Notes under the pieces: model-generated
Seen by the model: the letters and a program-made list of their open reading frames with translations, nothing else
Database searches by the model: none
Told to the model about the DNA's origin: nothing
Assembly (NCBI GenBank): GCA_963741205.1
Contig: CAVUHW010000026.1
Coordinates: forward strand, 32,001 to 96,000
Direction of reading: 5' to 3'
DNA length: 64,000 nucleotides
From: Nitrospirota bacterium
GTDB lineage: Bacteria; Nitrospirota; UBA9217
Shown: one piece after another, positions 43,211 through 54,664 of the stretch
How the letters are laid out: each line of letters starts with the position of its first letter
How positions within the stretch are numbered: the first letter of the stretch is position 1
Position numbers and translations under genes: made by a program

Positions 43211-45367
43211 ATGACGATGAAATATACGAATAAACAAATCCTCGAACTGATCAAGACTAAAACCGGCAAGCCGATGCTCGTGCGCGAACTCATGCGCCAG
43301 CTCCGGCTCAAGGCCGAGGACCGACGCGAACTCAAGAAGGTCTTAAATGACCTGGTCCTCTCCGGCGAGATCATCAAGACGCGCGGAAACCGCTACGGTC
43401 TTCCGGAAAAGATGGACCTTGAGACCGGCCTCTTCCAGGCCCATCCCCAGGGCTACGGATTCGTGATCCCGGAGAAAAAAGGCAAGACCGATATCTACAT
43501 TTCCGCGCGGAGCAAGCTCGACGCCATGGACGGCGACAAGGTTGTGGCTCGCGTTTCTCCTCCGGCCGGAAAAAGGAAGATCACCGGCAAGCGCGAGGGC
43601 ATGATCATCCGCATCCTGGAGCGGGCCCGTACGAAGGTCGTCGGAACCTACGAGCTGCCTGATCCGAAAGCCGGCAGTTATGGGTTCGTCACTCCCTTTG
43701 ATGCAAAGCTGACCCAGGACCTGGTCGTGAGCCGCGAGCACGCCGGCGGCGCGAAATCCGGGGATGTGGTTTCAGCCGAGATCATCGCCTATCCGATGCA
43801 CGGCAGGCCCCCGGAAGGCAGGATCGTCAGGGTCATCGGAAAGACCGGAGAGCCGGGCATCGATTCGGAGCTTATCATCGAACAGTATGAGCTTCCCGTG
43901 GCATTTTCTCCCGCCACGCTCCGCGAGGCTGAAAGCATTTCGCAACAGGTGACCCCCGCCATGCGGAAAGGCAGGCGGGACCTCAGGGAACTCCCCACGG
44001 TGACGATCGACGGCGAGAAGGCGCGGGACTTCGACGACGCCATTTCGATAGAAAAGACCAAGTCGGGATACCGGCTGTGGGTCCATATCGCCGATGTGGC
44101 CCATTATGTGAAGGAAGGAACCTTCCTTGACGAAGACGCCTACCAGCGAGGGACCAGCGTGTATTTCCCCGACCGCGTCATCCCCATGCTCCCGGAGGCG
44201 CTTTCGAACGGCATCTGCAGCCTGAATCCGAACGTGGACCGCCTGACGCTCACCTGCGATATGGATTTTTCACCCCACGGCGACCTGCTGCGCTACGACA
44301 TCTACGAAAGCGTCATCAACAGCAATGAGCGCATGACCTACACCGCCGTGCGGGAGATCCTCGTGGACCGCGATCCCGTCCAGCGAAAGCGGTACAGCGG
44401 TCTGCTGGGACATTTCGAGCTCATGGAAGAGCTCATGGGAATACTTCGCGCGAAGCGGTCCAAGCGGGGAAGCATCGACTTCGATCTGCCGGAGCCCGAG
44501 ATCGTGCTCGACCTTCAGGGACGCATGACCGAGATCATCAGGGCCGAGCGGAATATGGCGCACCAGATCATCGAAGAGTTCATGCTCGCGGCGAACGAGA
44601 CCGTGGCCGGCCACATCGAGGACAAGGAAGCGCCCTTCGTTTACCGCATCCACGAAGAGCCTGACGAGGAAAAGCTGGCGGACCTGGTCGAATTCCTCGC
44701 CACCCTCGGCATCAGCCTGCCCGTTGGGAAATCAATCAAACCCCGGCACCTGCAGAAGGCCCTGGCTAAGGCCAAGGGCACACCCGAGGAGACCCTGATC
44801 AATACGGTCCTCCTGCGAACCATGAAGCAGGCCCGGTACTCGCACGAAAACGTCGGACACTTCGGTCTTGCCGCGGAGACCTACACGCACTTCACCTCCC
44901 CGATCCGCCGCTATCCCGACCTCATCGTCCACCGTATCCTGAAAGCTGACATCAAGGGCAGGTTAAAAGACGAGGCTTACATCGCGAAGCTCGACGAAAC
45001 CCTGCCCGAGGCCGCGACTCATTGTTCACAGCGGGAGAGAAAGGCGATGGAGGCGGAGCGCGACGTCATCACGATGCTCAAGCTCCGGTTCATGGAGGAC
45101 AAACTCGGCGAGGTGTACGAGGGAATCATTACGGGGGTCGCGCAGTTCGGGTTCTTCGTACAGCTTCGGAACCTCTTCGTGGAAGGGCTGGTCCACGTCT
45201 CGACGCTGACGGGCGACTATTACCACTTCGTCGAGAAACTGCACTGTTTGCGGGGGGAGCGGAGAAAGAGCGTCTACCGCATCGGCGACATCGTCCGGGT
45301 CAGCGTGGACCGGGTTGATACGGTAAGGAAGAGGATCGACTTCTCGCTTGCGGAGAACGAGCGATAA
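43211..45367 (+). CDS. rnr: ribonuclease R
   Basis: TIDGEKARDFDDAI, HFTSPIRRYPDL, C-terminal S1 domain. Confidence 0.95.
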   Translation: MTMKYTNKQILELIKTKTGKPMLVRELMRQLRLKAEDRRELKKVLNDLVLSGEIIKTRGNRYGLPEKMDLETGLFQAHPQGYGFVIPEKKGKTDIYISARSKLDAMDGDKVVARVSPPAGKRKITGKREGMIIRILERARTKVVGTYELPDPKAGSYGFVTPFDAKLTQDLVVSREHAGGAKSGDVVSAEIIAYPMHGRPPEGRIVRVIGKTGEPGIDSELIIEQYELPVAFSPATLREAESISQQVTPAMRKGRRDLRELPTVTIDGEKARDFDDAISIEKTKSGYRLWVHIADVAHYVKEGTFLDEDAYQRGTSVYFPDRVIPMLPEALSNGICSLNPNVDRLTLTCDMDFSPHGDLLRYDIYESVINSNERMTYTAVREILVDRDPVQRKRYSGLLGHFELMEELMGILRAKRSKRGSIDFDLPEPEIVLDLQGRMTEIIRAERNMAHQIIEEFMLAANETVAGHIEDKEAPFVYRIHEEPDEEKLADLVEFLATLGISLPVGKSIKPRHLQKALAKAKGTPEETLINTVLLRTMKQARYSHENVGHFGLAAETYTHFTSPIRRYPDLIVHRILKADIKGRLKDEAYIAKLDETLPEAATHCSQRERKAMEAERDVITMLKLRFMEDKLGEVYEGIITGVAQFGFFVQLRNLFVEGLVHVSTLTGDYYHFVEKLHCLRGERRKSVYRIGDIVRVSVDRVDTVRKRIDFSLAENER

Positions 45368-45634
45368 AACTCGTTGAAGTCTCACATCACTTTTGACGTG
45401 GCCGAAACTGTTCCCTGTGCCTCGACCGAGAGGCCAGCTCTTGTCTTGTTCGTCTTACCTCATGCAGCCTTCGTAAATTTCTTTGCGAGCCCCCTCTAAA
45501 AGACTCATCTGTATATTCAAAAACTTGCTTTCAGAATTTGCATGACAGTTTACCGCCTTCGAGCTGCTGCACTGCTTCTGCAATTATCGTTTCCCCGGCT
45601 TGAAATGGCTTCTCAATCAGTCCGTGCCGCTCTC

Positions 45635-48600
45635 TCAAGTGTTCCAGGCTGATTCGCGCTCACGGTCCTTGCTGTGGTCGCGGGCGACGAGCATGTAGAT
45701 GGAGGGGACGACGAAGAGGGTGAAGAGGGTGCCGACGAACAAGCCCCCCACCAGGACCAGGCCTATGGAGTTACGGGCGGCGGCGCCGGCGCCGGTGACG
45801 AGGGTCAGCGGAAAGTGGCCGGCGATGGTGGCGGCGGTGGTCATCAGGATCGGCCGCAGGCGGGTCATGGCCGCTTCGCGCACGGCCTCGAGCTTTGGCA
45901 TGGCCCTGCAGCTGGAGCTTGTTGGCGAACTCGACGATCAGGATGCCGTTCTTCGACACAAGCCCTACCAGGGTCACCAGGCCGACCTGGGAGTAGATGT
46001 TGAGGGTGGTGGTCCAGCCGCGGGTCCAGAACGGCGTGTTCGGGTCGGGAATCTTCAGGAAGATGAAGATGAGCGCGCCGAAGATCGCCAGCGGCACCGA
46101 GCCGGCGAGTATGACGAAGGGGTCGCGGAAGCTGTTGAACTGGGCAGCCAGCACCAGGAAGATCAGGACGATGGCAAGGGCGAAGGCGGGAAGGAACTTG
46201 TTCCCCTCGGTGCGCAGCTGGCGCGACTCGCCGGTGTAGTCGAGGACATACCCCTTGGGGAGGATCTTCGTCGCCTCGTCCTCCAGGAAGCGCAGCGCTT
46301 CGTCCAGCGGCCGCATTGCCACGCCGCTGATCTTGACCGCGTTGAGCTGCTGGAAGCGGTTGAGCGAACGGGGGACCACGGTCTCGCGGAGGGTGGCGAC
46401 GGTGGAAAGCGGCACCAGCTTTCCGTTGGGACCGGTGACATAGACGTTCTTCAGCTGGTCCGGGTTGAGGCGGCCGATGCGCTGGATCTGGGGAATGACC
46501 TTGTAGCTCCGCCCCGCGATGTCGAAGCGGTTGACGAAATCGCCGCCCACCATGCCCCCCAGGTCTGCGCCGATCTGCCCCAGGCTGAGACCGAGGTGCG
46601 GCCACCTTGTCGCGGTCGATGACGAACTCGGTCTGGGGCTGGTCGATCTTGACGTCGATCAGCGGCGGGAAGGCGAACATGCCGCTCTGCATCGCCTTCT
46701 GCTGCAGCTTCTGGGCAAACTCGAGGATCTGCCCGGTCTCGGCCGTGGAGGCCAGGATGAACTCCACCGGGAACTGGCCGCCGCCGGGAAGGGCGGGCGG
46801 GGCAACCGGGAACATCTGGATGCCGGGGATCGCCTGCAGCTTCTGCTGCACCTCGGGCAGGATCTGGAAGACGGTGCGCTTGCGCTCGTTCCACGGCTTG
46901 ACGACCATGCCGGCGAAGCCGGAGTTGGGGAAGGTGATCTGGAAGGTGAACTCGGTCTCGGGCACGCTCATGAAAGCCTGGTTGGCCGCTGCGGCGTAGC
47001 GGCTGGTCTGGTCGAGGGTGGAGTTGGCCGAGGCGTCAAGGATGCCGAAGATGACCCCCTGGTCCTCCAGGGGCGCCAGCTCCTTGGCGGACATGATGAA
47101 CATCGGTATGGTGAGCAGGCTCACCACGATCCAGACCGTATAGACCGCCGGCCGGGCCTGGAGGGTGGCGTCGAGCAGGCGGCCGTAGGCGTCCCTTGAG
47201 GCGCTCGAAGTCGCGGGAGATCCGGCCTGCCAGGCCGTGCTCCTCGATGCCGGGCTTGAGCAGCGTGGCCGACATGACCGGCGACAGGGTGAGGGCGACG
47301 ATCCCCGAGATGGTGACCGCCCCGGCCAGGGTGAAGGCGAATTCGCGGAAGAGCGAGCCGGTCAGACCCCCCTGCAGGCCGATGGGGAGGTAGACCGCCG
47401 CCAGGGTGATGGTCATGGCGATGATCGGCCCGACCAGCTCGCGGGCGCCGATCAGGGCCGCCTCGAGGGGGGACTTGCCCTTCGCCCAGGTGGCGCTCCA
47501 CGTTCTCCACCACCACGATGGCGTCGTCCACCACGAGGCCGACCGAGAGGACGATCGCCAGCAGGGTGAGCAGGTTGACGGTGAAGCCGAAGGCCTGCAT
47601 CAGGAAGACGCCGCCGATGAGCGACACCGGGATCGCCACCACCGGGATGAACACCGAACGGAAGGAGCCGAGGAAGAGGAAGATGACGACCACGACGATC
47701 AGCAGCGTGTCGCCGAGGGTTTTGAGCACCTCGCGGATGGCGTTGTTGATGTAGTTGGTGGCGTCGTAGGCCACGCGCGCCTGCATGCCGCTCGGCAGGT
47801 CTCTCTGGATCGCCGCCATCTCCGCAGTCACGCGCCTGATGACGTCGATGGAGTTGGCGTTGGGGAGCGGCCAGATCCCCATGAACACGGCGGTCTGCCC
47901 GGAGAAGTGCACCTCGGCGTCGTAGTCCTCGGCGCCCAGCACCACGTCGGCGATGTCCCCCAGGCGCACGATGGCGCCGTTCTGTTCCCGCACTGCCAGG
48001 TGCTTGAACTCGTCCACGGTGCGCAGGTCGGTGTTGGCGGTCAGGTTGACCTGGATGAGCGCGCCCTTGCTCCTGCCGAGGGCGGCCAGGAAGTTGTTCG
48101 CGGCCAGCGCCTGGCGCACCTGGGCCGGGCTGATGTTCAGGGCCGCCATCCGCTCGGGCTTGAGCCAGATCCGCATGGCAAAGGTGCGGGCGCCGAGGAT
48201 GTCGGCCCGCTGCACTCCGGCGATGGCCGACAGGCGCGGCTGGACCACGCGCACCAGGTAGTCGGTGATCTCGTTCTGCTGCAGGATGTCGGAAGTGAAG
48301 CTCAGATAGGCCGAGGCGAACTGGCTGTCGGCCGACTCGATGTTGATCACCGGCACCTCGGCCTCGGGCGGCAGGTCGCGGCGCACCTGGTCGACCTTGG
48401 AGCTGATCTCGGCCAGGGCCTTGGTGGAGTCGTAGTTGAGCCTGAGGCGCACGTTGATGGTGGAAAGGCCGAGGCTGCTCTGCGACTCCATGTATTCGAT
48501 GCCGTCGGCGGCGGCGATGGCGCGCTCCAGCGGCGTGGTGACGAAGCCGCGCACCAGATCGGCGTTGGCGCCGACGTAGACCGTGGTGACGGTGACCGCG

Positions 48601-48729
48601 GCGTTCTCGCTGCGCGGGATACTGGCGCACGTTGAGGGTGCGGACCGCCTGCAGGCCGGCGATGATGATGACCAGGTTGACCACCAGGGCCAGGACGGGG
48701 CGGCGTATGAAGAGGTCGGTGATTTTCAT
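45635..48729 (-). CDS. RND efflux permease, AcrB/MexW-like (about five frameshifts)
   Basis: DLFIRRPVLA, GLVVDDAIVVVEN, SKNGILIVEFAN, RLRPILMTT across fragments. Confidence 0.88.
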
Positions 48730-48740
48730 GGGAGACCTGT

Positions 48741-49863
48741 TCAGTTGTTCTCCGGTGTGGGCGTCTTTCTGGAAGTCGGGGGCCAGCTTGTTGTCGACCA
48801 CCACCGACTGGCCGTTGCGCAGTTTGAAGACGCCGGTGCTGACGACCGTCTCCCCCTCCTTGACCCCGCTGGTGACGGCGACGAAGTCGCCGCGCTTGGC
48901 ACCGAGGCGCACGAACTGCTGGCGCAGCACCTTTCCCTTCTTATCCGCGGCGTCCTCGATGATGAAGACCGAGTCCCCGTAAGGGGCGTACAGAACGGCC
49001 GTTGCAGGAATGGCGAGCACCTTCTGCCGCGCGGGAAGCTCCACCGCCACGTTGGCGAACATGCCGGGGCGCAGCTTGTTGCCGCGGTTGGCCACGGTCG
49101 CCTGCACCTTGATCTGGCGGGTGTCGGCTTCGACAAGAGGGTTTATGGCGGTGATCCTGCCCTGCAACGTCTCCCCCGGCAGGGCATCGGTGGTTACCTG
49201 CACGGTCAGGCCAAGGCGCACCATGCGGAGTTGCTGCTGGGGCAGGGTGAAAGTCGACATAGATCGGGTCGAGGGACTGCAGGGTGACGATGGGGTCCCC
49301 CTCGCGGAGTATCTGGCCGAGGTTGACCTGGCGGATGCCGAGATGGCCGCTGAAGGGGGCGCGGATCGTTTTCTTGGCGATGGTGGCCCGTATGTTCGTC
49401 GGCCTGGGCCTCCGCCTGCTCCGCACTCGCCACGGCGTTATCGCGGTCGGCCTGCGAGATCAGGTTCTTCGCGAGCAGCTGGTTCATTCTCTCGAGGTTG
49501 GTGCGCTGTCAGGTCCACCTGGGCCACGGCGCCGGGAAGCTGGGCCTCTTCCGAGGAGGTGTCCTGGCGCAGCAGGATGTCCCCCTTCTTCACCGGTGTG
49601 CCCGCCTCGAAAGCGATCTCGACCACCTTGCCGGCCAGCTCGGCGGCTACGGTGACCCCCTGTACGGCGTTCAGCGTGCCGACCGCGGTCAGGGCGGTCT
49701 CCCACGATTCGGCCTTAACTACCGTGGAGGTCACGGTTTCGGGCGGCGGCACGAACTTCTTTCCCTGGTCGATCATCGCGCCGATCTGCATGGCCTTGAC
49801 GGCGACGAGAATGGCGATGAGAACAACCAGACCGATGATGGTGAGTATCAAGCGCTTCTTCAT
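48741..49863 (-). CDS. RND efflux membrane fusion protein (frameshifted)
   Basis: N-terminal TM anchor, IRAPFSG, LRPGMFA, GETVVSTGVFKL. Confidence 0.88.
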
Positions 49864-50182
49864 GTCTGAATGTCTCCGATACCGGGTCGGGGAAGATTGT
49901 CGGGCCCATGGCCCGGGACCGCGTGCTGCAAGGCTCCGGAAACCATGGAGCTGTCCGCCTGTTTTTTACGTTCATGGCACGCGAAATCAATGCGGACTTA
50001 CAGCCTCACGGCATATTAAAAAATGTAACACGATATAAGGAATTTATCAAGACAAACTCGGCAATTTCACAAGAAGGATGACGTAACCCCGCAGGGGCAT
50101 ATCGATCTTGCCTCCTGGTTATGGAGGGCATGATCGCTGGAACCTCCGCCGCCCTATCATCGGGTTCCAGCAGCAAAGCCGA

Positions 50183-50671
50183 TTAAAACAACAGCCCTAT
50201 CGAAATTGTAGCGAAATTCTCGGCGTTATTGGGCCCCGACCATCCGAAAAGGACTTTGCCATCAGAATAATGGATCCAGCCGATTGAGAATAATGCTTTC
50301 CCTACACTTTTTTCATATGCAAGCCGAAAGTAGAACTCAAAGGGTTGTCCAAGGTTTCCAGTGGTTCTGCTGATGTGGCTCAAGCCCATGGTGAAGCTTA
50401 CATACTCGTCTACGGTTCTTGCCCACCGTAGTCCTCGGGCAAGGGCGATTGCTTCTGCGTGATTGGGGCCATTCCAGGAAGCGTAGGATGCTTCGACATA
50501 ACTGCTGAGGTCAAAAAGCGGATCGACCTCATGCCGGTAACGTAAAAGATTCGCAGTAGAGCTTTTCGAGAAATTAAAACCTATGCCAGCTTCGTATGAC
50601 AGGCTGTCTGCCGATGCTGGCAAGGCCGGGAGCAGAACCGTGATGGCGGCGCAAAGAAGAAGTTTTCTCAT
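50183..50671 (-). CDS. PagL-like outer-membrane beta-barrel (acyloxyacyl hydrolase family)
   Basis: signal peptide, IHYSDG...NNAENF motif, terminal Phe. Confidence 0.6.
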   Translation of the reverse strand: MRKLLLCAAITVLLPALPASADSLSYEAGIGFNFSKSSTANLLRYRHEVDPLFDLSSYVEASYASWNGPNHAEAIALARGLRWARTVDEYVSFTMGLSHISRTTGNLGQPFEFYFRLAYEKSVGKALFSIGWIHYSDGKVLFGWSGPNNAENFATISIGLLF

Positions 50672-50848
50672 TGATGTTTGACCGGCTAACGTTGATTAAG
50701 AGATTGTTGGGAATCCTCCCTGTAATATTGTGATCTGAAAGATGCGATACTGAATATGACATCGCACTAACGACGACAGCGGCTTTAGGTTGGATAGAAC
50801 GAAGCGAAGCCCGATTTCTTGGAGATAAGAGGCCAAATAAAAGTATGA

Positions 50849-51559
50849 TCAAGGAACGTCGCTTTCTTCCCATATTACTTCTTTCATATCGGGCATGGAC
50901 GATAACCGTTTGACGATATCTGACCAGTGTTTCTGGCTTTCGTCGCCATGATGCAGCCGTATTCGGTACGTCACGGTGTTCGCAGTTATATCCCTGTGGT
51001 AATTGACGAATTGAAGAGAGATATCCTGGTATTCGGCGAGAATCCCCTTGACGTGTTCCAAAAGTCCCTGAGTTTTAACAGACTTGACCGAGAGGGTTGT
51101 ATATATCCTACGATGGGAAAGGGCCTTGACTGGATAGGCGAGGTAAAGGCTCGCGATAATAATGGCCGCCGTTACAATGGCTGTAATAATATAACCTGCA
51201 CCAATCGAAAGACCTATGCCCGTAACGGACCACAGCCCGGCTGCTGTGGTCAATCCACGCACCGAGCCCTTGCCCTTAATGATTGCACCGGCTCCAAGAA
51301 AGCCCATGCTCGCGATGGCATAGGAGGCAATTCTGCCTGGGTCCAGGCGCACCACTGATTTATTAACATCGAGATCTTGATAAAAGTCTTCCATGTGCAG
51401 CGAGAGCATCATCATCAGGCAGGACGCGATGCTGACGATGAGGTACGTCCTGAATCCGGCCGCTTGCCCCTGTGTTTCCCGTTCAAAACCAATTGCACCG
51501 CCAACGATGGCCGCAAGCACTAGTTTGCCAATATCAGGTAAAATTAGCTGTGTATCCAT
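50849..51559 (-). CDS. MgtC/SapB family protein
   Basis: GAIGFERE..GQAAGFRT, DPGRIAS, GFLGAGAI, GLTTAAGLW. Confidence 0.9.
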   Translation of the reverse strand: MDTQLILPDIGKLVLAAIVGGAIGFERETQGQAAGFRTYLIVSIASCLMMMLSLHMEDFYQDLDVNKSVVRLDPGRIASYAIASMGFLGAGAIIKGKGSVRGLTTAAGLWSVTGIGLSIGAGYIITAIVTAAIIIASLYLAYPVKALSHRRIYTTLSVKSVKTQGLLEHVKGILAEYQDISLQFVNYHRDITANTVTYRIRLHHGDESQKHWSDIVKRLSSMPDMKEVIWEESDVP

Positions 51560-51655
51560 ACGGTAACTCCCTTGCTTTTTGCGTTATTTCTGGGATTTCA
51601 CTAATTTTGGATTCAGAAACTGAAATTTCAGACAACTTAAATACGGCTAAGTGAT

Positions 51656-51806
51656 TAGAACCTATCTCAAAATCTTTATTGCCTATGTCCCCGTTTTAGT
51701 GTCATTCCCGTGCAAACGGGAATCCAGTGTTTTCGCCCTTTTCTGGATACCCGCTTTCGCAGGTATGACGGAATATTGAGAATCGACAATTTTGAGATAG
51801 GTTCTA
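51656..51806. mobile_element. MITE-like element, 151 bp, containing a REP-like doublet
   Basis: perfect 18-bp terminal inverted repeats TAGAACCTATCTCAAAAT / ATTTTGAGATAGGTTCTA (16-bp TIR plus a TA target duplication); no ORF. Confidence 0.75.
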
Positions 51807-51939
51807 GTATCTGCGAAGAATATATGCCTGAATTACGCAGTTGTCAACGTTCTCGAATGGCTTATGCTTTATTAAAAGAGATCGTAGACAGGAGGAACAT
51901 CGGATGTAGTGAAACAAGTGGGAATTCAGATGTGCGGAA

Positions 51940-52986
51940 TCATTCGGGCGCTCCGGCCTCGGAAGGCGTAACATCGATCTCTAGACGATCCTGCACGCGA
52001 AGCACCGACACTTTGACCGGCTTGGCGATGGGCCAGTCTGCAAGGAATTTCTGGAGTAGATCTACTGTCGTGATATCGGTTCCGTTCATGGCCACGATAA
52101 GGTCGCCTTTCCGTATTCCTCCCTGCGCAGCCGGGCCGCCGTGCGTCACTGAGAGGACTTCCACGGCAGACGCCTGCGTCAGGTTGAAAAAGCGTGCCGT
52201 CCTCCGGCTGAGCGGACGCTGCTGCGCGGCGATGCCCAAATATCCCCGGCGCACCCTCCCGAGCGTGAGAAGCTGGGACACCACCCATTTTGCAGTATCG
52301 GTGGGGATGGAGAAGCCGATGCCCTGTGCGCCCATGATGATCGCCGTATTCAGTCCCACAATCCTGCCCCGCGAATCCACAAGCGGGCCGCCTGAATTAC
52401 CCGGATTGAGCGGGGCGGTGTGCTGGATAACGTTCTCGATGAGCCGTCCTTCCCTGCTCCGCAGCGCCCTGCCGAGCGCGCTCACTACCCCGGTTGACAC
52501 AGTGGACTGGAACCCGAAGGGATTGCCGATGGCGATCACGAGCTGCCCCACGCGAAGTGATGCGGATTCGCCGAGTGTTGCAAACGGCAGGTTCGCGCCG
52601 TCGGCGCGGATTACGGCAAGATCGGTGGCGGGGTCCGTGCCCACCATGGTCGCCTCGTGCGTCGTTCCGTTCGTCAGCGATACGACCAACGATTTCGAGC
52701 CGTGCACGACATGATCGTTCGTCAGGACATACCCGTCCGGAGCGATGATGACGCCTGATCCGGCGCCGCCCCCTTCGGGCTCGGAATTTTTCGACCGCGT
52801 TCCGGTTGAGATGCTAACGATGGCAGGACCGACAGCGTCCACCACCGTTATGACCGCCCGGGAGTAGGCATCCAGGAGCTCAACGTCGGATTTCCCGGCA
52901 GTGCCCACCTCGCAGGGGCCGGGAGGATTTTGCCCGGTGGCTGCGTTATTGATCACATTGAGCGTTCTCTGGGTAACGTCGTCCAT
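51940..52986 (-). CDS. HtrA/DegP-family trypsin-like serine protease with one PDZ domain
   Basis: GSGVII, LTNDHVV, TDLAVI, LNPGNSGGPL and a PDZ domain; no signal peptide visible. Confidence 0.9.
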   Translation of the reverse strand: MDDVTQRTLNVINNAATGQNPPGPCEVGTAGKSDVELLDAYSRAVITVVDAVGPAIVSISTGTRSKNSEPEGGGAGSGVIIAPDGYVLTNDHVVHGSKSLVVSLTNGTTHEATMVGTDPATDLAVIRADGANLPFATLGESASLRVGQLVIAIGNPFGFQSTVSTGVVSALGRALRSREGRLIENVIQHTAPLNPGNSGGPLVDSRGRIVGLNTAIIMGAQGIGFSIPTDTAKWVVSQLLTLGRVRRGYLGIAAQQRPLSRRTARFFNLTQASAVEVLSVTHGGPAAQGGIRKGDLIVAMNGTDITTVDLLQKFLADWPIAKPVKVSVLRVQDRLEIDVTPSEAGAPE

Positions 52987-53143
52987 ATCAGGGAATTCCT
53001 TCGATGGCTATACAGCGGACCATTCCTACCATTAACTTTACCACGACAACCTCACCTTCGTGGTGAAAAGGGAATCACAATCCACGAAGCTGACAACCCT
53101 GTGCCTGTTGAAATTCCAGCGCGCCTATGCTATCTTACGGGTC

Positions 53144-54560
53144 ATGAAGGAACTCTTAAGACAACTCCCGGCCGTGGACGAAATTCTGAAGGAAGACCGC
53201 GCGAAGGCCTGGATCGAGACGCATCCCCGCGTCCTGGTGCTTGAGGCGATTCGGACGGCGATCGACAGGCAGCGAAAGGCGATCCTTCGGTCATCGGAGC
53301 AAGGCAACAGAGAACAGGTGGTTGCGATCTCCGGGATACTCGACCAGGCCGCGGAAATCCTCCGGGAGCTGTCGGAACCCAGCCTCAAGCCACTCATCAA
53401 CGCCACCGGCGTTGTCGTCCACACCAACCTCGGCCGATCCATCCTTTCGGAAACTGCCATCCGGCGGGTCGTGGATGTGAGCCGAAGCTATTCCAACCTT
53501 GAATACGACATCGCGGCGGGCGAGCGCGGCAAACGCCACGTCCATGTTGAGAACATGCTCAAAAGGCTCACCGGCGTGGAGGCGGCCACTGCCGTCAACA
53601 ACAACGCGGCGGCGGTGCTCCTCTGCCTCAACACCCTTGCCCGGGGCAAGGAGGTGATCGTTTCGCGGGGTGAACTCGTCGAGATCGGCGGCTCCTTCCG
53701 TGTGCCCGAGGTCATGGAGCGGAGCGGCGCAATCCTGCGCGAGGTAGGCGCCACGAACAAGACCCACCTCAAGGACTACGAAAAGGCGATCAACGAGAAC
53801 ACGGGCCTGCTCCTCAAGGTCCACACGAGCAACTACAAGATCGTCGGATTCACCAAAGAGGTCCAGGCCGAAGAGCTCGTGAAACTCGGCAGGAAGCATG
53901 GCCTTCCCGTGATGTGGGACCTGGGCAGCGGCAGCTTCCTCGATCTCGCTGCTTACGGCGCGGGCGATGAAACGACCGTCCAGCAGGCCGTTGATGCGGG
54001 CGTCGATGTGCTTACCTTCAGCGGGGACAAACTGCTGGGAGGTCCGCAGGCGGGCATGATCCTCGGCGGGAAAAAATATCTCGACCCCATCCGGTCCAAC
54101 CCCCTCACCCGCGCGCTTCGTCTGGACAAGATGACCCTGGCGGCGCTCGACGCGACGCTCGGCCAGTACCTCGACATGGACAAGGCGGTAAAGGAGATCC
54201 CCACGCTCTGGATGCTGACCCAACCTCTTGCCGAGATAGAGCGGAAAGCGGTACTCCTCTCATCCGGGATCAGGGACGGTCGCGCGTGTCACCGTGACGG
54301 TCCAGGACGACCAGTCCCAAAGCGGCGGAGGAGCGCTGCCGACCGGGAATTTCCCGACAAAGACCGTCTGCATCCGCCACGACAAATTTTCCGCGAACCA
54401 GATCGAGTCGCGCCTGCGCACCGGCGCGCCGCACATCATCGCGCGCATCAAGGAAGGCATGGTCGTCTTCGACCCGCGGACCCTGAACGACGAAGAGATC
54501 GCGAAGATCGTGGAAGCGGTGAAGCGGATACTGCAGGAGTCAGTAGCCAGTGGACAATAG
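53144..54560 (+). CDS. selA: L-seryl-tRNA(Sec) selenium transferase (frameshift near 54273)
   Basis: INATGVVVHTNLGRS, EIGGSFR, FSGDKLLGGPQAG; the C-terminus (SQSGGGALP...FDPRTL) is in ORF 54294..54560. Confidence 0.95.
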
Positions 54561-54613
54561 CCGGGAGAAATGCGAGCCCTCGTCTTTATGTAAGCTTTTT
54601 TCCCAGGTCTGTT

Positions 54614-54661
54614 CCTGACTTCTTACTTCTTACTTCTTACTTTTTACTTCTGACTTCTGAC
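54614..54661. repeat. CTTACTT/CTGACTT heptamer tandem repeat
   Basis: cctgacttcttacttcttacttcttactttttacttctgacttctgac between selA and selB. Confidence 0.75.
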
Positions 54662-54664
54662 CCT

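Noticed and set aside
47452-49260. Apparent RND MFP-permease fusion ORF
   Set aside because: A frameshift near 48765 removes the MFP stop. The permease has its own start at 48729, and the rest of the ORF is out-of-frame sequence.
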